IMG/VR virus record: IMGVR_UViG_3300044701_004608
Coordinates: 32,001-96,000 of that record
Source of the DNA: a virus
Direction: 5' to 3' (one strand)
DNA: 64,000 nucleotides
Translations under genes and position numbers: made by a program
Notes under the pieces: generated by a model
Seen by the model: only the letters and a program-made list of their open reading frames with translations
The model's database searches: none
What the model was told of the DNA's origin: nothing
Shown here: positions 32,290-41,851 of the stretch, piece by piece
How the letters are laid out: every line of letters begins with the position of its first letter
Position numbering within the stretch: position 1 is the first letter of the stretch

Positions 32290-34596
32290 TTAAATCACAC
32301 AGCTCTCGCAATTTTCCTGATCATCAGCTGGTGCCAGTTCAGGTTCTTGCTGTTTAGATACTAATTTATCTACATCAATCTCGCCTTGGCCGTCATTGGT
32401 GTTAAAGTAGTAGAGTTGCTTAGTGCCATACTTATAACACATGATCAGGTGCTTGAGCATTTCACTCATAGGAATCTTTTCGTCTTCATAGAATCTAGGA
32501 TTGTATGAAGTGTTGGTACTGATGCCCTGATCTATATACTTCTGGAGGACGGCGCAGATCTTGAGATAACCCTCAGGGCTCTGCTGATCCCACAGGAGTT
32601 CGTATTTATTTTTCAGTTTGCGGAATTCTGGGACTACTTGTTTGAGCACGCCATGTTTGCTTTGTTTCACTGATACATAACTTCTTGGTGGTTCGATGCC
32701 GTTAGTGGCGTTGGAGATCTGTGCCGAAGTTTCTGCTGGCATGATGGCCATGAGTGTGGCATTGCGCTGACCAAACTTCCGTGTCTCTTCACGCAGTTCT
32801 GCCCAAGGCATGCGTTCTTTGTGTGGCACCAGTTCGTCCACTTCGGCTTTGCGAGTGTCGATGGGCAGGATACCGCGGGCAGACTTGAGATCGTGCCAGC
32901 GATCACAGGCGCCTTGTTCTTTGGCCAGATCCACACTGGCTTTGATGAGATAGTAGCTCCAAGCTTCTGCGTATTCATCGACCAAGGCCAGTGCTTCGTG
33001 GTCACTGTATCCAAGGTCGTTCTTGGCCAACCAATAAGCGAAATTGATGATACCGATGCCCAGTGGGCGGAATTCTCGTGTAGAAAGTTCTGCGGCTTTG
33101 ACTGGGTAGTTCTGATAACTCAGTAGGGCATCTAATCCACGCACCGCTAATGTACACATGTTTTCAAAGTCAGCGGGTGTCTTGACATTGCCCCAGTTGA
33201 TGGCGCTCAACGTACAAAGAGCGATACGGCCTTCTTCGTCGTTGATGTCATTGAGTGGTACTGTGGGAAGATCGATCTCACAGCAGAGGTTGCTCATCTT
33301 GATTGGCGCGACTTGTTCATTGAATGGACTGTGTGTATTAGCATGGTCCACATTCTGTAAGTAGATACGACCAGTGTCTTTTCGTTCCTGCATAAAGCGG
33401 CTGAAAAGGTCGATGGCCTTGAGAGTCTTCTTGCGGAGTTTGGTGTTGCGTTCGGCACGTTCGTATAGTTCTTTGAACTTGTCCTGATCATTGAAGAAGG
33501 CATTATACATCTCGGGCACATCGTGCGGTGAGAATAGTGTGATGTCACCACCGGTGATCAAGCGTTCATACATGAGTTTGTTAAACTGTACACCATAGTC
33601 AACATGACGGACACGATTGTCGTCGGTGCCTTTGTTGTTCTTGAGAACTAGCAGGTCTTCGACTTCCAAGTGCCAGATGGGATAGTACAGAGTAGCCGCA
33701 CCGTTACGCACACCGCCTTGGCTGCAACTACGAGTGGCACTCTGGAAATGCTTGTAGAAAGGAACCACACCAGTGTGATAGGCGTCGCCATTACGGATGG
33801 GTGAGCCCAGCGCACGGATGCGTCCGGCGCCAATGCCGATACCAGCCTTCTGCGAAACGTAGCGCACGACTGAGGCGGCGGTAGCAGAGATAGAGTCCAA
33901 AGAATCATCCGATTCGATGAGGACGCATGAACTGAATTGTTTCTGTGGTGTGCGCACGCCGGCCATCACAGGAGTGGGCAGGCTGATGTCATAGTTGCTG
34001 ATGCCATCATAGTAACGCTTGACCCAGGTCATTCGTGTGTGTCGGGGATAGGCCATGAATAGCGTGGCAGCGATCAGCATGTAGGCCACCTGGGGCGTTT
34101 CAAAGATCTCGCCAGTGACACGATTCTGTACTAGGTACTTGCCGCGCCATTGTTCCATGGCCACATAAGTGAAGCCTTCGTCCTTGGAATGATCGAAGTG
34201 ACGATCCATCTCCGCGAACTCTTCCTCAGTGTAGTTGTCCAGGAGTTCCTGGGTGTAGTAACCGATCTCTACATTTCGCTTGACGATGTCATAGAGCGGC
34301 CAAGGTTTGTAGTCACCGTAGACTTGTTTGTGGATGTGATAGGTCAACAAGCGACCTGCCACGTATTGATAATTGGGATGTTCTTCGCTGATGAGATCGG
34401 CTGCCGACTTGATCAAAGTCTCTTGGATGTCTTCGGTCTTGATCCCATTGTAAAACTGTATGTGGCTTTTGATTTCTACTTCGCTGGCGCTGACTCCTGT
34501 GATACCCTCAGTCGCCCAAAAAACTACTTTGTGTAGCTTTTCGATATCGAGAAGCTCACGACGGCCGTCTCTTTTTAACACTAATATTTGACTCAT
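32290..34596 (-). CDS. nrdA: Class Ia ribonucleotide reductase alpha subunit with ATP cone
   Basis: KRDG ATP cone, QFSSCVL, SNLCCEI, LYY, C-terminal CESC. Confidence 0.97.
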   Translation of the reverse strand: MSQILVLKRDGRRELLDIEKLHKVVFWATEGITGVSASEVEIKSHIQFYNGIKTEDIQETLIKSAADLISEEHPNYQYVAGRLLTYHIHKQVYGDYKPWPLYDIVKRNVEIGYYTQELLDNYTEEEFAEMDRHFDHSKDEGFTYVAMEQWRGKYLVQNRVTGEIFETPQVAYMLIAATLFMAYPRHTRMTWVKRYYDGISNYDISLPTPVMAGVRTPQKQFSSCVLIESDDSLDSISATAASVVRYVSQKAGIGIGAGRIRALGSPIRNGDAYHTGVVPFYKHFQSATRSCSQGGVRNGAATLYYPIWHLEVEDLLVLKNNKGTDDNRVRHVDYGVQFNKLMYERLITGGDITLFSPHDVPEMYNAFFNDQDKFKELYERAERNTKLRKKTLKAIDLFSRFMQERKDTGRIYLQNVDHANTHSPFNEQVAPIKMSNLCCEIDLPTVPLNDINDEEGRIALCTLSAINWGNVKTPADFENMCTLAVRGLDALLSYQNYPVKAAELSTREFRPLGIGIINFAYWLAKNDLGYSDHEALALVDEYAEAWSYYLIKASVDLAKEQGACDRWHDLKSARGILPIDTRKAEVDELVPHKERMPWAELREETRKFGQRNATLMAIMPAETSAQISNATNGIEPPRSYVSVKQSKHGVLKQVVPEFRKLKNKYELLWDQQSPEGYLKICAVLQKYIDQGISTNTSYNPRFYEDEKIPMSEMLKHLIMCYKYGTKQLYYFNTNDGQGEIDVDKLVSKQQEPELAPADDQENCESCVI

Positions 34597-34621
34597 TGAT
34601 TCCTCTGTTCACTCAGTACCA

Positions 34622-35059
34622 CTATTCAAACAATCCAGACACATCGTGCCGATATTTCAATTCAAATGTTTTTGGGATATGTTTGTTATTTAAGACCTCT
34701 CCGTCGACCATATTAAGCACATATTTTCCATCATCGATCCAGGCTAAATTGTAGTTTAGTTTTTGTTCGGTGTCATAATATATTCTTATTTCACCGTGCA
34801 AGCCATGATCAGTCAATAATGCAGTATAAAGCATTCCTAGAGATTTTGCAATATCACAATAATAATTTTCGGAGATCAAAGTCCACGGATCGGGCCAACT
34901 TCTGCTGTCTCGAGGATCGAGATAATAAGGACTAAAAGGCGCAGACTGCCAGAAATCGGAAATTTTTTTTAGGGCTTGCTCGAGATCTAACTCGTCAAGA
35001 TTTTTACGAAAAGATCGCCAATACGCGAGGCGTTCGCCCTCGTTGAGTTTCCACATCAA
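34622..35059 (-). CDS. Hypothetical phage protein
   Basis: WPDPWTLI..N.YC motif. Confidence 0.7.
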   Translation of the reverse strand: MMWKLNEGERLAYWRSFRKNLDELDLEQALKKISDFWQSAPFSPYYLDPRDSRSWPDPWTLISENYYCDIAKSLGMLYTALLTDHGLHGEIRIYYDTEQKLNYNLAWIDDGKYVLNMVDGEVLNNKHIPKTFELKYRHDVSGLFE

Positions 35060-36382
35060 TTATTGATAAAATTTAACAGTATAAAAAATATCTGCAGAAT
35101 CTACCGAAGTGTACTTGAGTTGACCAGTAGATGAGTCAACAAAAATTTCCACTCCGGTGTCGGCAGACTCGACATATTCATCTTGGAAAAAATAGGAACT
35201 ACCATTGCCTGAAGATGTAAATTTTCCTGTTCGTTGATCTTCGCCTTTTGTAATGACATAATCAATGACAAGATTTTTGTAGGCCTCGACCTGCAAAGAT
35301 ATATCACCACTGGATCCCGACGGCAATGTTTGCTGCAAGCCGATGGTTTTGTTTTCTGTGCCACGATGTGTGACTAGATTTTTCGTCTCGTTGTCTGATG
35401 TCGAGGTCTCGATTACTGTTCCAATAGTTCCGTCTGAAAAAACAGTATCAACGACTAACTCACGGAATTGGCAACTAGAAAATACTATTCCATCGACCTC
35501 GCCAATGGTTTCAACACCTCTATTGTGATTATGAAATTCGCAATGATCAAAAAATATTTTTGAAGTTTCAAAAAATTGACTTTCTGATCTAAAATAGACT
35601 GCAGACTTTCCCGACCCCAAATCTTGAGTGCGACTCGCTTGGTTTCCCGAGAAAGATGTACGGACGAAATAAAAATCCGAACCACCATCAATGATCACAC
35701 ATGGTTTGTCAGATGCCGATCTATTGTTAATACCGATATCACAGATGATATAATCTCTGGCCCGAGGGGGTATAGTACCGGGTTGCTGTCCTAGAGACTC
35801 GCCGGTTTCTCCATTGCTGTCAGCGAAATGAAAGATTGGGCCGATATCTTGTAAATTACGTATGATGGTATTTTGTTTACCGTCACCTTGTATTTTAATA
35901 AAAGGAGGAACTTTTATAGTGTCTGAAACCAGATAATAACCGGCTGGGAAAAATATAGTCCTACGCATGTCAACGCCGCCGATGGTAGTAGAATAAGCAT
36001 AGGTATTGTTTAAGGCACGAACGATAGCATCAGTATCGTCAGTTTGGCCGTCACCCATTGCACCAAAGTCCCTGACATTAACAAAGTCGTCGAGTTTTTC
36101 TTGTAGATTTCTTTTAAAACCTTCGTTATCGCCTGATGTATTAGCAACGAAACCTGCAGGTTCGCCTTTGAATTGGAAATTCTGGAAAAGTGCAAAAAGG
36201 TCTGTATGTTCGGTGAGGATTTCTGTACGACCCTCTACTGGTGCTCCTTCTGAGAGAGTTCCGTTACCGATAAAAAGCCGGCGAGCATCGACGCTCCAGC
36301 CTAGTTCAGCCGACGAGAGATTAGGTAGATCCTGTTGCAGACCACGTCGGTGTTGGATACGAGAAATTTGAATAATTGCCAT
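35060..36382 (-). CDS. Tail/baseplate protein with pectate lyase-like beta-helix
   Basis: QISRIQHRRG..ELGW..D..RLFIGNG; VNVRDFGAMGDGQTDDT; FFPAGYY. Confidence 0.8.
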   Translation of the reverse strand: MAIIQISRIQHRRGLQQDLPNLSSAELGWSVDARRLFIGNGTLSEGAPVEGRTEILTEHTDLFALFQNFQFKGEPAGFVANTSGDNEGFKRNLQEKLDDFVNVRDFGAMGDGQTDDTDAIVRALNNTYAYSTTIGGVDMRRTIFFPAGYYLVSDTIKVPPFIKIQGDGKQNTIIRNLQDIGPIFHFADSNGETGESLGQQPGTIPPRARDYIICDIGINNRSASDKPCVIIDGGSDFYFVRTSFSGNQASRTQDLGSGKSAVYFRSESQFFETSKIFFDHCEFHNHNRGVETIGEVDGIVFSSCQFRELVVDTVFSDGTIGTVIETSTSDNETKNLVTHRGTENKTIGLQQTLPSGSSGDISLQVEAYKNLVIDYVITKGEDQRTGKFTSSGNGSSYFFQDEYVESADTGVEIFVDSSTGQLKYTSVDSADIFYTVKFYQ

Positions 36383-36411
36383 CTTTTACAGAATCCTGTG
36401 TTTTTTGATAT

Positions 36412-37122
36412 TTATGACAATCTATAGTATTGCTCGACACGCCGCATCCACTGTTCGCTCCAATGGGAGAACTCATCTTCTTCGACGACGAATTCTAGGT
36501 ATTCTGGTGTCGAAAACGTGCCGTCTGGTAGTTCTTTTGGCTGGACAGCCATCAAAATCACACCGGTCTTGATGTCAGTGCCGTGCATGTTGTTATGGGC
36601 GGCGGCATAGGCCGCGAGCTGTAGGAAATAATCCTCGATCCACTCGCGCTTCTTGGGCTTGTTGGTCTGCTTGAAGTCCATGATAGCCGGCCGGCCTTTC
36701 CAGACACCCAAGCAATCAGTGGTACCAGCGTAGAGCCCGCTGTAGTACAAGGGCACTTCTACTCCCCAGAATTCGTCGACGTTGCCCAGTCCCTTTAGTA
36801 TGACTTCTGCGGCCATGAACCATGAAGGATGCGCGAAAGGATTGCCAGGCAAGTCTTTCATTTCGTCAGTTTTGACAAAGTGTTCAAGGTAACTGTGCAT
36901 CCTGGTGCCACGGTTCGCGGCTTCGGTGACGATCTGCTGGGCTTTAGCTTCGCCCACGCTTTTCTTCCATCGCTCTAATGCGTCGCGTTTTTCTTGTGGC
37001 TTTGTCTTATCCAAGATGGTAGTGACGCTGGGGACTTTGCTACCATCAGGTAAGCAATAGTGTCTCTTGCCATCGATGGTTTCTCGATCGCAAGGTGTAT
37101 AGTCATAACGATGTGTGATCAA
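36412..37122 (-). CDS. PD-(D/E)XK exonuclease
   Basis: PSVTTIL, RGTRMH, E..YAGTTD, IMDFKQ, QLAAYA. Confidence 0.88.
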   Translation of the reverse strand: MITHRYDYTPCDRETIDGKRHYCLPDGSKVPSVTTILDKTKPQEKRDALERWKKSVGEAKAQQIVTEAANRGTRMHSYLEHFVKTDEMKDLPGNPFAHPSWFMAAEVILKGLGNVDEFWGVEVPLYYSGLYAGTTDCLGVWKGRPAIMDFKQTNKPKKREWIEDYFLQLAAYAAAHNNMHGTDIKTGVILMAVQPKELPDGTFSTPEYLEFVVEEDEFSHWSEQWMRRVEQYYRLS

Positions 37123-37446
37123 TTAGATTCCAAAACTACTACCACATCCACAGGTAGTTTGTGCGTTGGGGTTTTTGATAGAGAAGTTACTGCCCATGAT
37201 ATCTTCTTTGTAGTCAATGACGGCGCCTTGTAGATACTGCATGCTCATGGCATCCACCACTACCTTGGATTCGCCGATGCTGATCTCAAAGTCGTCTTCG
37301 TTCTGTTCTTCATCGAAGGTGAATCCATACTGGAAGCCCGAACATCCGCCGCCTTGCACGAAGGTGCGCAGGAAGAGACCGGGATTGTTTTCTTCAGCTA
37401 ACAAATCCAAGATCTTAGTTTTTGCTGATTCTGTTATTTCGATCAT
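37123..37446 (-). CDS. erpA: A-type Fe-S carrier ErpA
   Basis: [31 protein letters not shown]. Confidence 0.9.
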   Translation of the reverse strand: MIEITESAKTKILDLLAEENNPGLFLRTFVQGGGCSGFQYGFTFDEEQNEDDFEISIGESKVVVDAMSMQYLQGAVIDYKEDIMGSNFSIKNPNAQTTCGCGSSFGI

Positions 37447-37766
37447 ACTCGGAAACTTTCTCCGCATCCACAGCGGTCTTTTTCATTAGGGTTGATGAAT
37501 TCGAAACCTTCGTTTAACCCGTTCTTTTGCCAATCCATGGTCATACCGTGCATATAGACCATGTGCTTCGAGTCGATATAAACACGGATACCACTGATAT
37601 CATAATGCGGAGCATCTACTAATCTCTCGTCATCGACATATTCTAACACATAAGCGAGTCCAGAGCAACCGGTCGTTTTGATTCCGATACGGATGCCGAT
37701 ACCCTTTCCGCGCTGTTCTAGGAAGTATTTTATTTTTTCACTGGCCAGGTTTGTTATCGTGATCAT
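37443..37766 (-). CDS. iscA: A-type Fe-S carrier IscA
   Basis: [38 protein letters not shown]. Confidence 0.92.
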   Translation of the reverse strand: MITITNLASEKIKYFLEQRGKGIGIRIGIKTTGCSGLAYVLEYVDDERLVDAPHYDISGIRVYIDSKHMVYMHGMTMDWQKNGLNEGFEFINPNEKDRCGCGESFRV

Positions 37767-38257
37767 CGTTTACGGGCCTTTTTGGCAGCAGTCTGGAATC
37801 GAAGATCACTGACATGATTCTTGAATGTCAGCCCATCTAAATGATCCAGTTCATGTAGGAAACATTTAGCATCTATGCCTTGGAACATGCGTTCTTGCCA
37901 GATACCGTCTCGATCCTGCCATTGTGCCGTAGCATACTTGGGCCTAGCTATCTCGAGTTCAACGCCAGGGAAACTGAGACATCCTTCGGGTGCGAACCAT
38001 TGTTCTTGGCTGGCATGTTTGAGCATGGGATTGTACATCACGATGACTTGACCGTTTTCTTGTATGTGCATGGCCAACACACGGAACTGGTATCCGACTT
38101 GGTTGGCAGCGAGACCGATCCCGCGTTCTTCTAACATAGTCTCGATCAAGTCAGTCTCAAGTCGATCTATATCGTCGACAGGAGGTTGGGAGAAATCCCA
38201 AGGCGAGCAAGGCTCAAGCAGGACAGGGTCCGGCCAAGTCAGTATAGCGAGTTTCAT
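37763..38257 (-). CDS. def: Peptide deformylase
   Basis: GIGLAANQVG, EGCLS, HELDH. Confidence 0.95.
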   Translation of the reverse strand: MKLAILTWPDPVLLEPCSPWDFSQPPVDDIDRLETDLIETMLEERGIGLAANQVGYQFRVLAMHIQENGQVIVMYNPMLKHASQEQWFAPEGCLSFPGVELEIARPKYATAQWQDRDGIWQERMFQGIDAKCFLHELDHLDGLTFKNHVSDLRFQTAAKKARKR

Positions 38258-38631
38258 TGGTGTTTCTTTATATAATCTTCGATGGCCGCTTTGATCGCAT
38301 CTTCGGCCAGTATCGAACAATGTATCTTCACTGGCGGTAGGGCCAGCTCGTTGGCGATCTCTGTGTTCTTGATGGTGGCTGCTTCGTTGAGTGTCTTGCC
38401 TTTGACCCACTCAGTGACTAGGCTGGAGGAAGCGATGGCCGAGCCACAGCCGTAAGTCTTGAATCGTGCGTCAGTGATGATGCCATCCTCGACTTTGATC
38501 TGTAGTTTCATCACATCGCCACAGGCGGGTGCGCCGACCATGCCTGTACCGACATCTGGGTCGTCCTTAGGCAAGGAACCCACGTTACGTGGGTTCTCAT
38601 AATGATCTAATACTTTGTCTGAGTAAGCCAT
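38254..38631 (-). CDS. iscU: Fe-S scaffold IscU
   Basis: YSDKVLDHYENPRNVG, APACGDVM, GCGSAIASSS, LPPVKIHCS. Confidence 0.97.
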   Translation of the reverse strand: MAYSDKVLDHYENPRNVGSLPKDDPDVGTGMVGAPACGDVMKLQIKVEDGIITDARFKTYGCGSAIASSSLVTEWVKGKTLNEAATIKNTEIANELALPPVKIHCSILAEDAIKAAIEDYIKKHQ

Positions 38632-38655
38632 GAACTAACCTTTCGGTTTAGTTTA

Positions 38656-38772
38656 CTACTTTTTGCTGAACATGTCAACGAGTTTGGCTTGGATGGCTTT
38701 GGCCCAGAAAGGCTGCGGAAAGTTCCAACCAACGAAAGCACCTACTGCTATCCAGAATAGTGTATCCATCAT
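38656..38772 (-). CDS. 38-aa membrane peptide (not in ORF track)
   Basis: AAGGAG SD; MMDTLFWIAVGAFVGWNFPQPFWAKAIQAKLVDMFSKK*. Confidence 0.7.
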   Translation of the reverse strand: MMDTLFWIAVGAFVGWNFPQPFWAKAIQAKLVDMFSKK

Positions 38773-38787
38773 GTCTTGCTCCTTAGT

Positions 38788-39201
38788 TTATGAACGATTT
38801 TTGAGAGCACGCTGGGCCATGGCATCAACGGTCTTCTCGGGATTCATTGCGCGGCTGCCGCCAGCTAATGTCGGGGCATCGTCAATAGCGTCGTCGCTGA
38901 ATGTTTTAAGGTACACATACTTGACGCCATGTTCGTCGTCTTTGATGTCTTTGATGAGGTTCTTTACTGACTCGTTAGTCTTGAAGGCACCTAGCAGACT
39001 GTCGAGGTTGAACTCTTCGTGGCCTGTGCCTTTGACCATACCAATCAGGCTGTCAACACGCACCTTGGGAACAAGGTGCTTGTCATGGCTGCGATTGCGC
39101 AGGAACTCTAGAGCAGTGATGAGGTTGGCATCACCGCGAGCATCGGCTTCATCTTCGATGATATCGTCAGCTAACTTATCGTTAAACTCGCGGAGTCTCA
39201 T
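38788..39201 (-). CDS. Probable head/internal protein
   Basis: MRLREF start; V..MA.RA C-terminus. Confidence 0.65.
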   Translation of the reverse strand: MRLREFNDKLADDIIEDEADARGDANLITALEFLRNRSHDKHLVPKVRVDSLIGMVKGTGHEEFNLDSLLGAFKTNESVKNLIKDIKDDEHGVKYVYLKTFSDDAIDDAPTLAGGSRAMNPEKTVDAMAQRALKNRS

Positions 39202-39902
39202 TATCTGCGCTCACGTCCGATTTCTTCGTCGCCGCCGGCTGCTGCGTCTGTGGCAGCGAATTCGTCAGCTGGTTCTTCGGTGTCAAGGTCGCTAGTCGGA
39301 GCTGGAAGCTCGCCGGCAACTTCGGCACCAGGAAGTGCCATATCAGTAGGAGCTACTTGTTCTCCGGCTAGAGCACGAGCGGCCTGGTCGGCACCTTCAC
39401 GGCTTTGTTGTAGGCTCTGTGCTAGTGTGTCTAGCATAGGAGCCACGGCTGCTTTGAAAGCATCAGCTTGTTCCATACCAATCTGGTCACGGATAGCATC
39501 TAGTAGAGCAGGCATCTGCTCGTTTTGCATCTTGCCAACACGTTCCATCATGTCTTGCATGCTGTCAACGATATCACGAGCAGCCAGGATGGCCTCGCTC
39601 TTGGCAGTTTCTGATTCAGTTACCACTGTCTCCTCAGCGACGATTTCTGCCGAAGCATTGGAGAGCCAACTGTCGAGTCCTTCTTTGACCAATAGCATTT
39701 CCATATACTTAGGATTTTTCTCTGCTGTATGTACTCCGTGGCTAGCACGGATCGTAGCAAGGCTTTCACCGATGGCTTTAACCAGGCGCTGAGCTTTTTC
39801 TGTGGTAAGATTAGCGTAGTCGATGGCAAAACCAAAACGGCTTTCCATGACACGATTTAGTTTTTTTGTGCGGCTTGCGCCACCAATTTCTGTAAGTTTC
39901 AT
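39201..39902 (-). CDS. Probable prohead core/scaffold-like protein
   Basis: MKLTEI start; acidic, Ala-rich helical; GRERR end. Confidence 0.6.
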   Translation of the reverse strand: MKLTEIGGASRTKKLNRVMESRFGFAIDYANLTTEKAQRLVKAIGESLATIRASHGVHTAEKNPKYMEMLLVKEGLDSWLSNASAEIVAEETVVTESETAKSEAILAARDIVDSMQDMMERVGKMQNEQMPALLDAIRDQIGMEQADAFKAAVAPMLDTLAQSLQQSREGADQAARALAGEQVAPTDMALPGAEVAGELPAPTSDLDTEEPADEFAATDAAAGGDEEIGRERR

Positions 39903-40465
39903 GATTTAGGGTCCCAAACTTTCAAGTATTTAGTTGACTTTAGGCTTTTTTCGAGATTGTTTTTGACGTTGTCAAACTGTGCTTTTGCTTGTAAATAACG
40001 ATTCCAGATAAACTCAGTTTTCACGACATCTTTTTTACGAATACTATTTTCGATGCTTTTTTTATAAAAAGTCAGATCGATGAACAACTTCGTCATTTTA
40101 TTGTCTAACAACAAAATCTGATGAGCTTCACGGAATTTACCGAGATGCTCGAGTACACAATAAGCGACAGCCGCGCTTTTCCATAGAAAAAATCCCTTGG
40201 CATCTTTTGCTTGGTCAGACACTTTCCAGGTATCATTTGGTAGATGTTCTACTAAAAATCGCCCCACACGATATCCATCCCCGCGAGGTATTATCAACGG
40301 TTCTCGACGTGTGATTAGTGCTTGGTTAGCTTCTTCCCGGGCCCAGTGTTTGATATATGCTGCGGCGAGATCGGCGGCGATCTCTACGTCTCTTACATCA
40401 GATTTATTGGCAGTTTTGCGAGATGATCGCTTACGAGATTTTTTTGGTGTAGATGATCCTACCAT
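39899..40465 (-). CDS. Hypothetical protein
   Basis: Clean ORF in a late gene block. Confidence 0.65.
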   Translation of the reverse strand: MVGSSTPKKSRKRSSRKTANKSDVRDVEIAADLAAAYIKHWAREEANQALITRREPLIIPRGDGYRVGRFLVEHLPNDTWKVSDQAKDAKGFFLWKSAAVAYCVLEHLGKFREAHQILLLDNKMTKLFIDLTFYKKSIENSIRKKDVVKTEFIWNRYLQAKAQFDNVKNNLEKSLKSTKYLKVWDPKS

Positions 40466-40640
40466 TTTGATTCGTTCTCAACAAGACGTCCTTGTTGACT
40501 AGTTGATTTGCTACAACGACTTGACGCTCTGTCAAGTCCGCTTTGTGTACTTCGTTATCGTCTTCAAACACACCCAACAGATCGCTTTCCTCATTGCTGA
40601 TGGGAAGTTGGATCTTGTTGAGCAGTTCTACTATCTTCAT
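40431..40640 (-). CDS. Small hypothetical protein
   Basis: MKIVEL start; LTERQVVVANQLVNKDVL. Confidence 0.7.
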   Translation of the reverse strand: MKIVELLNKIQLPISNEESDLLGVFEDDNEVHKADLTERQVVVANQLVNKDVLLRTNQNGRIIYTKKIS

Positions 40641-40643
40641 TGA

Positions 40644-40913
40644 TTAATACGGTGTTGATTTGATGAGATGGACTAGCAGTCCGATTATGGCGGTTATACC
40701 CACGCCCAATAATGTTGTACCAATGGTTATCAGTTGTTTGGACTGTGCCAACGACGATCTACCGATCGCCTGTTTGATGTCATCGATGCCGTGCTCGATC
40801 TTGGCCACGCGATTGTCCAACGAATTAAGTTTATGTTCCAATTGTTCATACCTTTCCGCGCAAAGTTCTACGTGCGCCTCAAGGCTTTTCTTTTCAATAT
40901 CAGTAGAAGACAT
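40644..40913 (-). CDS. Coiled-coil plus C-terminal TM protein (XhlA/holin-like)
   Basis: EKKSLEAHVELCAERY; C-terminal TM; GAGG SD. Confidence 0.75.
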   Translation of the reverse strand: MSSTDIEKKSLEAHVELCAERYEQLEHKLNSLDNRVAKIEHGIDDIKQAIGRSSLAQSKQLITIGTTLLGVGITAIIGLLVHLIKSTPY

Positions 40914-41001
40914 CGACTTCTGTTCCTCGCTCTTTCAAATAGGGCGATGCTGTGAATGTGCCAAAATGTGCCTTAAGAGGTGCCTGTGTATGCCTATCGC
41001 A

Positions 41002-41439
41002 TCAAAGTATATTTAAGTCAAATGCTGTAGGTTTAAAATATATGTTTTTGATACTTCCGTGCGGATAGAAAATCGGAAGCATGAATTTAGCTGTTTCGGT
41101 GAGCCCGGTGATCACAGGAACCTGTTCGAAGTCGCGTTTTAGTCCGTCGACTGGATCAGATTCTGATGCCCACACATCATCGTGTTCCACAGAGAAGTTC
41201 ATGACCCATACACGGTGAGATCCTTGGTATAGATCCCCGAACTCCAACGAGTCCAGCGGACCTTCGAGGATCATTGGTCCTTGTATATTCATTGGTTGAG
41301 CACAGAGTCCGATGGTTTGTAAAATCGTCTCCCAGTTCCTTTGCTGATCTCTCTCTAGGCCGCTACCGTGCGTCACTTTGGTGTTTGTGATGTCCACTAA
41401 AGTGAGTAACGTGTATTCTCTAGTATGCTTGGATCCCAT
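41002..41439 (-). CDS. Hypothetical virion protein
   Basis: TLVDIT.T, QQRNWET..Q.IGL, VPVITGLTET, NIYF. Confidence 0.7.
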   Translation of the reverse strand: MGSKHTREYTLLTLVDITNTKVTHGSGLERDQQRNWETILQTIGLCAQPMNIQGPMILEGPLDSLEFGDLYQGSHRVWVMNFSVEHDDVWASESDPVDGLKRDFEQVPVITGLTETAKFMLPIFYPHGSIKNIYFKPTAFDLNIL

Positions 41440-41458
41440 GCTAATACTTATGGCCATA

Positions 41459-41487
41459 AAAAAAGCACTTCCGGAGAAGTGCTTTTT
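41459..41487. terminator. Intrinsic terminator, potentially bidirectional
   Basis: A-run GCACTT(C)-loop-(G)AAGTGC T-run. Confidence 0.85.
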
Positions 41488-41505
41488 GATTTTGCTAGAC
41501 TAAAA

Positions 41506-41784
41506 TTAGTTAGCGAATGTAGCTTCGATTGTTGCAACTACGCCTGTAACGCCGAAAGCGTCACTGGAGTCAGCGGCAACTGTTGTGCCTTCTACTAGCA
41601 GGAAAGCGGCGCCTGTTTGCAGGTCGATCGCGCTAACTGTGCCTGTTGCTTGGATAGCAGCAACACACGATGTCACTTCAGCAGCTGTCAGACCGGACTT
41701 AGCCAGCTTGACTACTTGCATTGTGCGACCAATTGCGTTGTTGTCGGCAACTACTGTGCCATTTACTTTTGTTACGTCAGCCAT
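41506..41784 (-). CDS. Small, probably abundant structural protein (possible capsid decoration)
   Basis: TAAATA at 41831-41836, leader hairpin, AAGGAG SD, own terminator. Confidence 0.65.
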   Translation of the reverse strand: MADVTKVNGTVVADNNAIGRTMQVVKLAKSGLTAAEVTSCVAAIQATGTVSAIDLQTGAAFLLVEGTTVAADSSDAFGVTGVVATIEATFAN

Positions 41785-41851
41785 TTTATTTCTCCTTAGA
41801 ATGTTGGACGCTCAGGGCGTCTCACAAATATATTTACCATCTCGGAAAAAA

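Noticed and set aside
31145-34596. Introns or inteins in nrdA/nrdB
   Set aside because: Both ORFs are uninterrupted and of normal length
36412-37122. Cas4 / CRISPR adaptation gene
   Set aside because: Lacks the Cas4 Fe-S cysteines; fits an ordinary phage PD-(D/E)XK exonuclease
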